DNA of 64,000 nt from an uncultured Verrucomicrobiae bacterium. Lineage in GTDB: Bacteria > Verrucomicrobiota > Verrucomicrobiia > Chthoniobacterales > JAFAMB01. Below are positions 60,705-64,000 of this stretch, piece by piece. Position 1 is the stretch's first letter; every line of letters starts with the position of its first letter. Both the position numbers and the translations under genes were made by a program. The stretch covers positions 320,001-384,000 of the forward strand of contig CAVXLD010000003.1 in NCBI GenBank assembly GCA_963762565.1, written 5' to 3'. The notes under the pieces are model-generated. The model was not told the DNA's origin and ran no database searches. It saw only the letters and a list, made by a program, of their open reading frames with translations.

Positions 60705-61472
60705 TTAGCTTGGGGATAGGCACGCTGCAGAAACTGCATCTCAGCTAACAAATAGCCCAGCGCCTCGGTGTGAATGCCGTACTTGCCGCCGGTGTGCATC
60801 CAATCCGATTCAGGGATTTGCAGGGTAGCCTCGGTGAGGACGGCTCTCACGCTAGACAGCCAATCCGTAGCCAATTTTGTTCAAGTCCAGGCCGATTCGC
60901 TCCCCCCACATGGCCTCATCGACCGAGTCAGGTTTATATAATTCACCCGTGTAACACCAAAGATCGTCTATCGCTTTTTGGATCCTGCGGTTGCTTTCGT
61001 CGGTTCCGTCTCCCAAGCGAATCACCCACCCGCTGCTGTGGCGTAGATGATAGGTGACTTCTTTTAGACTCTTTTCGCTGATCTCTCGAATCCGTTGATC
61101 GGTTGAGTCCAGCAAATCAGTTAGCGCTAAATGGTGCCAGGTATCAAAGTAGAACTGACGAGCCATGGTGTAGGCAAAATCCTGGTTGGGCTGTTCCAGC
61201 AAAAGACAGTTCCTGAAGTCGCCCGCATCTCGAAGGAAGGCAAGTATGTCTGGTGTCCGCTGGCGGCCTTCCAATTCAGCGGCGTATTCCAGCCAGTTCT
61301 GCGCCTGACCGTTGAGATCCAGCGCGATGTTAGTTAAAGCCATATCCTCTTCCAGCTCCGGCCCATGTCCGCACCATTCACCGAGGCGCTGGCTCAAGAT
61401 GAGACAGTTGTCGGCCAGCCGGAGGACGAACTCGAGGCGGGGGTTCTGAGCGCTGGGAGGTGGAGGCATCAT
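60698..61472 (-). pseudogene. paaC: PaaC epoxidase subunit with a +1 frameshift at about 60875-60878
   Basis: EWCGHGPELEED, KEVTYH, RLGDGT; removing one A restores NKLATDWL...HTEALGYLLAEMQFLQRAYPQAKW*; may be a sequencing error. Confidence 0.88.
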
Positions 61473-61477
61473 TGGAA

Positions 61478-61600
61478 GAATAGATCGCAAATCGCAAATC
61501 GCAAATAGCAAATTAGTGGACAGCGCCGGGTGCGGAGTTGTCGTCTCTTTTCTCATGCTCGGTGAGCCAATTTGCTATCTGCTATCTGCTATTTGCTATT
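61478..61600. repeat. Inverted heptamer arrays (AATCGCA/AATAGCA)n ... (TGCTATY)n
   Basis: Between paaB and paaC; a similar pair lies at about 62015-62144 between paaA and paaB. Confidence 0.8.
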
Positions 61601-61609
61601 TCGTAAGCC

Positions 61610-61891
61610 TTAAAGATGCTTGACCTCCGGCGGCACGGTGTAAAACGTCGGATGGCGATAGATCTTGTTCTTGGCCGGGTCAAAAAAGGCGTCTTTATCG
61701 GCGGGATCGCTCGCGTACAGGTCTGCGGATCGGACCACCCAGATGCTGATTCCTTCGTTCCGCCGGGCGTAAACGTCGCGAGCATTTTCGATTGCCATCT
61801 TAGCGTCGGCTGCGTGCAGACTGCCCACGTGTTTATGAGAGAGTCCATTCTGGCTCCGAACGAAAATTTCCCACAGTGGCCAATCATTCAT
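61610..61891 (-). CDS. paaB: Phenylacetyl-CoA epoxidase subunit B
   Basis: WPLWEIFVR, HVGSLHAAD, ARDVYARR.EG.SIWVV, YRHPTFY. Confidence 0.95.
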   Translation of the reverse strand: MNDWPLWEIFVRSQNGLSHKHVGSLHAADAKMAIENARDVYARRNEGISIWVVRSADLYASDPADKDAFFDPAKNKIYRHPTFYTVPPEVKHL

Positions 61892-62126
61892 AGGCAGGGA
61901 GGGCGCGCAGCCTGTCCGACATAGCCTGCGGCCCTGCGGTTGTCTTTTCTTTTGCTCGGCGAAGTCGGATCCCCGCGCGCCGCGGGATAGCCAATAGCCG
62001 AGGAGGAAGCAGGGGAATAACAGATAGCAGATAGCAAATAGCAAATGGACAAGCCCAAGTGTGCTCGAAACACTGTCGACCATTGAAAATGGTAGTGAAC
62101 TTGTTGCGGAACCATTTGCTAATTTG

Positions 62127-63104
62127 CTATCTGCTATTTGCTATGGCCGAGCGCTTGCGCGCATAGGCATTGGCTGCTTCCCGGACCCAGGCGCCATCGG
62201 CATGAGCTTGGCGGCGGGTTCGTAGACGTTGGACATTGCAGGGACCATTTCCCTTGATGACACTATAAAATTCTGCCCAGTCGATCTCCCCGAAATCGTA
62301 GTGTCCGGTCTCCTCGTTCCATTTTAAATCCGGATCAGGAACAGTCAGATCGAGGTACTCGGCCTGAGGCACGGTCTGGTCGATGAATCGTTGCCGAAGC
62401 TGATCGTTAGTCAGCAATTTGATTTTCCAACGGACCGACTCGGCGGTATGCGAGGATTGGGCGTCAGGCGGGCCAAACATCATGAGCGAAGGCCACCACC
62501 AACGGTTCAGCGCGTCTTGGGCCATACTTCGTTGAGCCCCGGTCCCTCGGGCCATGACCGTCATTATCTCGAAACCCTGGCGTTGATGAAAACTTTCTTC
62601 CTTACAGATCCGAATCATCGCCCTCGCGTAGGGGCCGTATGAACAGCGGCACAACGGGATCTGATTCATGATAGCCGCGCCGTCCACTAACCAACCAATG
62701 GCGCCGATATCTGCCCAGGTAAGGGTAGGATAGTTGAAGATGCTGGAATACTTCGCTTTCCCCACCAACAGGTCATTGACCAGTTGTTCCCGGGTGATGC
62801 CTAAAGTCTCGGCCGCACCGTAAAGATAAAGACCGTGACCGGCTTCGTCCTGGACTTTGGCTAACAAGATGGCCTTACGCTGCAAGCTAGGAGCACGCGT
62901 GATCCAGTTAGCCTCCGGCAACTGACCCACGATTTCGGAATGCGCGTGTTGCGAGATCTGCCGGATTAAAGTTTTGCGATAGCCTTCCGGCATCCAATCC
63001 CGAGCTTCGATAGTGTCGCCCGCATCGATGCGCGCCTGGAACGCGGCTAATTCAGGGGATGATTCGTCGCCGATTGCGTCGACTTTGACCATCTGTGCGT
63101 ACAT
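62127..63104 (-). CDS. paaA: Phenylacetyl-CoA epoxidase subunit A
   Basis: [36 protein letters not shown]. Confidence 0.96.
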   Translation of the reverse strand: MYAQMVKVDAIGDESSPELAAFQARIDAGDTIEARDWMPEGYRKTLIRQISQHAHSEIVGQLPEANWITRAPSLQRKAILLAKVQDEAGHGLYLYGAAETLGITREQLVNDLLVGKAKYSSIFNYPTLTWADIGAIGWLVDGAAIMNQIPLCRCSYGPYARAMIRICKEESFHQRQGFEIMTVMARGTGAQRSMAQDALNRWWWPSLMMFGPPDAQSSHTAESVRWKIKLLTNDQLRQRFIDQTVPQAEYLDLTVPDPDLKWNEETGHYDFGEIDWAEFYSVIKGNGPCNVQRLRTRRQAHADGAWVREAANAYARKRSAIANSR

Positions 63105-63259
63105 AAGGGGGATCAATGGTAAGGCCCACCGCAACGAAACGAATCTTGCTTCAGAGACACAGAGTTCACAGAGAGAAGGGAGGGACGGTTCCTCTGCGTT
63201 CGCTGTACCTCGGCTTCAAAAATCGAAGCGTTGCGGCTCTGTCAGCGATTGTGACGTTA

Positions 63260-63298
63260 TGATACAAGAATTGATTAGTCAAAGAGAATAGTGTATCA
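63260..63298. promoter_or_regulatory. PaaX operator TGATACA-N25-TGTATCA
   Basis: Long-spaced inverted repeat between divergent paaA and paaX, resembling known PaaX sites. Confidence 0.75.
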
Positions 63299-63315
63299 AA
63301 TAGATCGTTCTGACT

Positions 63316-64000
63316 GTGGCCCGTACCCCCGACCTGCAACGCCGAATTTCTACCATTGAGCTCTGGATTCGCCGGACTCTGGCGATGGATCCTCCCCGGG
63401 CAAAATCTCTGGTGGTTTCAATCTTCGGAGACGCGATCGCACCGCGGGGAGGGGCGATTCGGTTAAAGAACTTGATCGAATTGCTCGGTCCTTTTGACGT
63501 CAACGAACGCTCGGTCCGAACCAGTGTATTCCGCTTGGTCAAGGAGGATTGGTTGGAGACGACTCGGAATGGCCGAGAAAGTTCCTATCGCTTGACTCGT
63601 ACCGGCTTTCGAAGACTCGAACACGCCTATGAAAAGGTGTATCGACGCCCAGCGGCTGCCTGGGACGGAACCTGGACATTCATTCTGATTCCAAATGAAC
63701 ATCTGACCGTTCCGCGCCGGCTCAAGGTGAAGCAGGAATTGGAATGGGAGGGCGTCCGGCAACTGACCCCGCAGCTGTTCGCGCATCCCACGGTCCGCGT
63801 TGAAGCGTTGAGCGAGATATTCGATCGCTCAGAAGTAAGAGGAAAGGTCATCAGTTTTAGCGGCGCCACAACGGATCAATTGGGCATGTGCGTGATCCGC
63901 GAGCTAGTGAATGGAACCTGGAACCTGAGACAGGTTGCCGGGGCATACAAAAGATTCGAGCGCGACTTTGCCAAGTTGAAATCGGTCTTAGCTCGTGGCG
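63316..64000 (+). CDS. paaX: PaaX transcriptional repressor, 3'-truncated (not in the ORF track)
   Basis: Own translation from GTG 63316: PRAKSLVVSIFGDAIAPRGG...NERSVRTSVFRLVKEDWL...GRESSYRLT...WDGTW. Confidence 0.92.
   Translation, partial: MARTPDLQRRISTIELWIRRTLAMDPPRAKSLVVSIFGDAIAPRGGAIRLKNLIELLGPFDVNERSVRTSVFRLVKEDWLETTRNGRESSYRLTRTGFRRLEHAYEKVYRRPAAAWDGTWTFILIPNEHLTVPRRLKVKQELEWEGVRQLTPQLFAHPTVRVEALSEIFDRSEVRGKVISFSGATTDQLGMCVIRELVNGTWNLRQVAGAYKRFERDFAKLKSVLARG

Noticed and set aside
35533..60880. Programmed ribosomal frameshifting at the two frameshift sites
   Set aside because: No canonical slippery heptamer or stimulatory structure was seen, and these families are not known to be recoded

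Overview
GC-rich bacterial chromosomal segment. Protein styles and repeat landscape suggest a soil Verrucomicrobiota (Chthoniobacterales-like) organism; this is inference. Left to right: the 3' part of an IS110-family transposase with a long structured downstream non-coding region ending at a REP-like palindrome; an orphan ACP; tlyA-nadK-PTS IIA; a CDF transporter; TPR, phosphatase and galM genes; a split LigD without Ku; assorted enzymes; pntAA/AB/B; korAB; hmgA; a FadR-regulated sugar-acid locus (lactonase, uxaE, aldo-keto reductase, Zn-dehydrogenase, ABC transporter) that looks like an L-galactose/L-galactonate pathway; a TonB-dependent receptor; a ThDP enzyme; and a phenylacetate cluster (paaABCDE-N-Y-F-G-H-I-K, divergent paaX with operator). 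Most intergenic gaps hold nested repeats: inverted 7-9 bp tandem-repeat arms, several REP/REPIN-like families and a CTAG-flanked MITE. Some of these have entered coding sequences (paaD, paaI). Two genes (Zn-dehydrogenase, paaC) carry single-base frameshifts that may be assembly errors. The best candidates for new biology are a REP-targeting IS110 bridge/seek RNA, the polarised nested repeat system, and the UxaE-linked L-galactose route.
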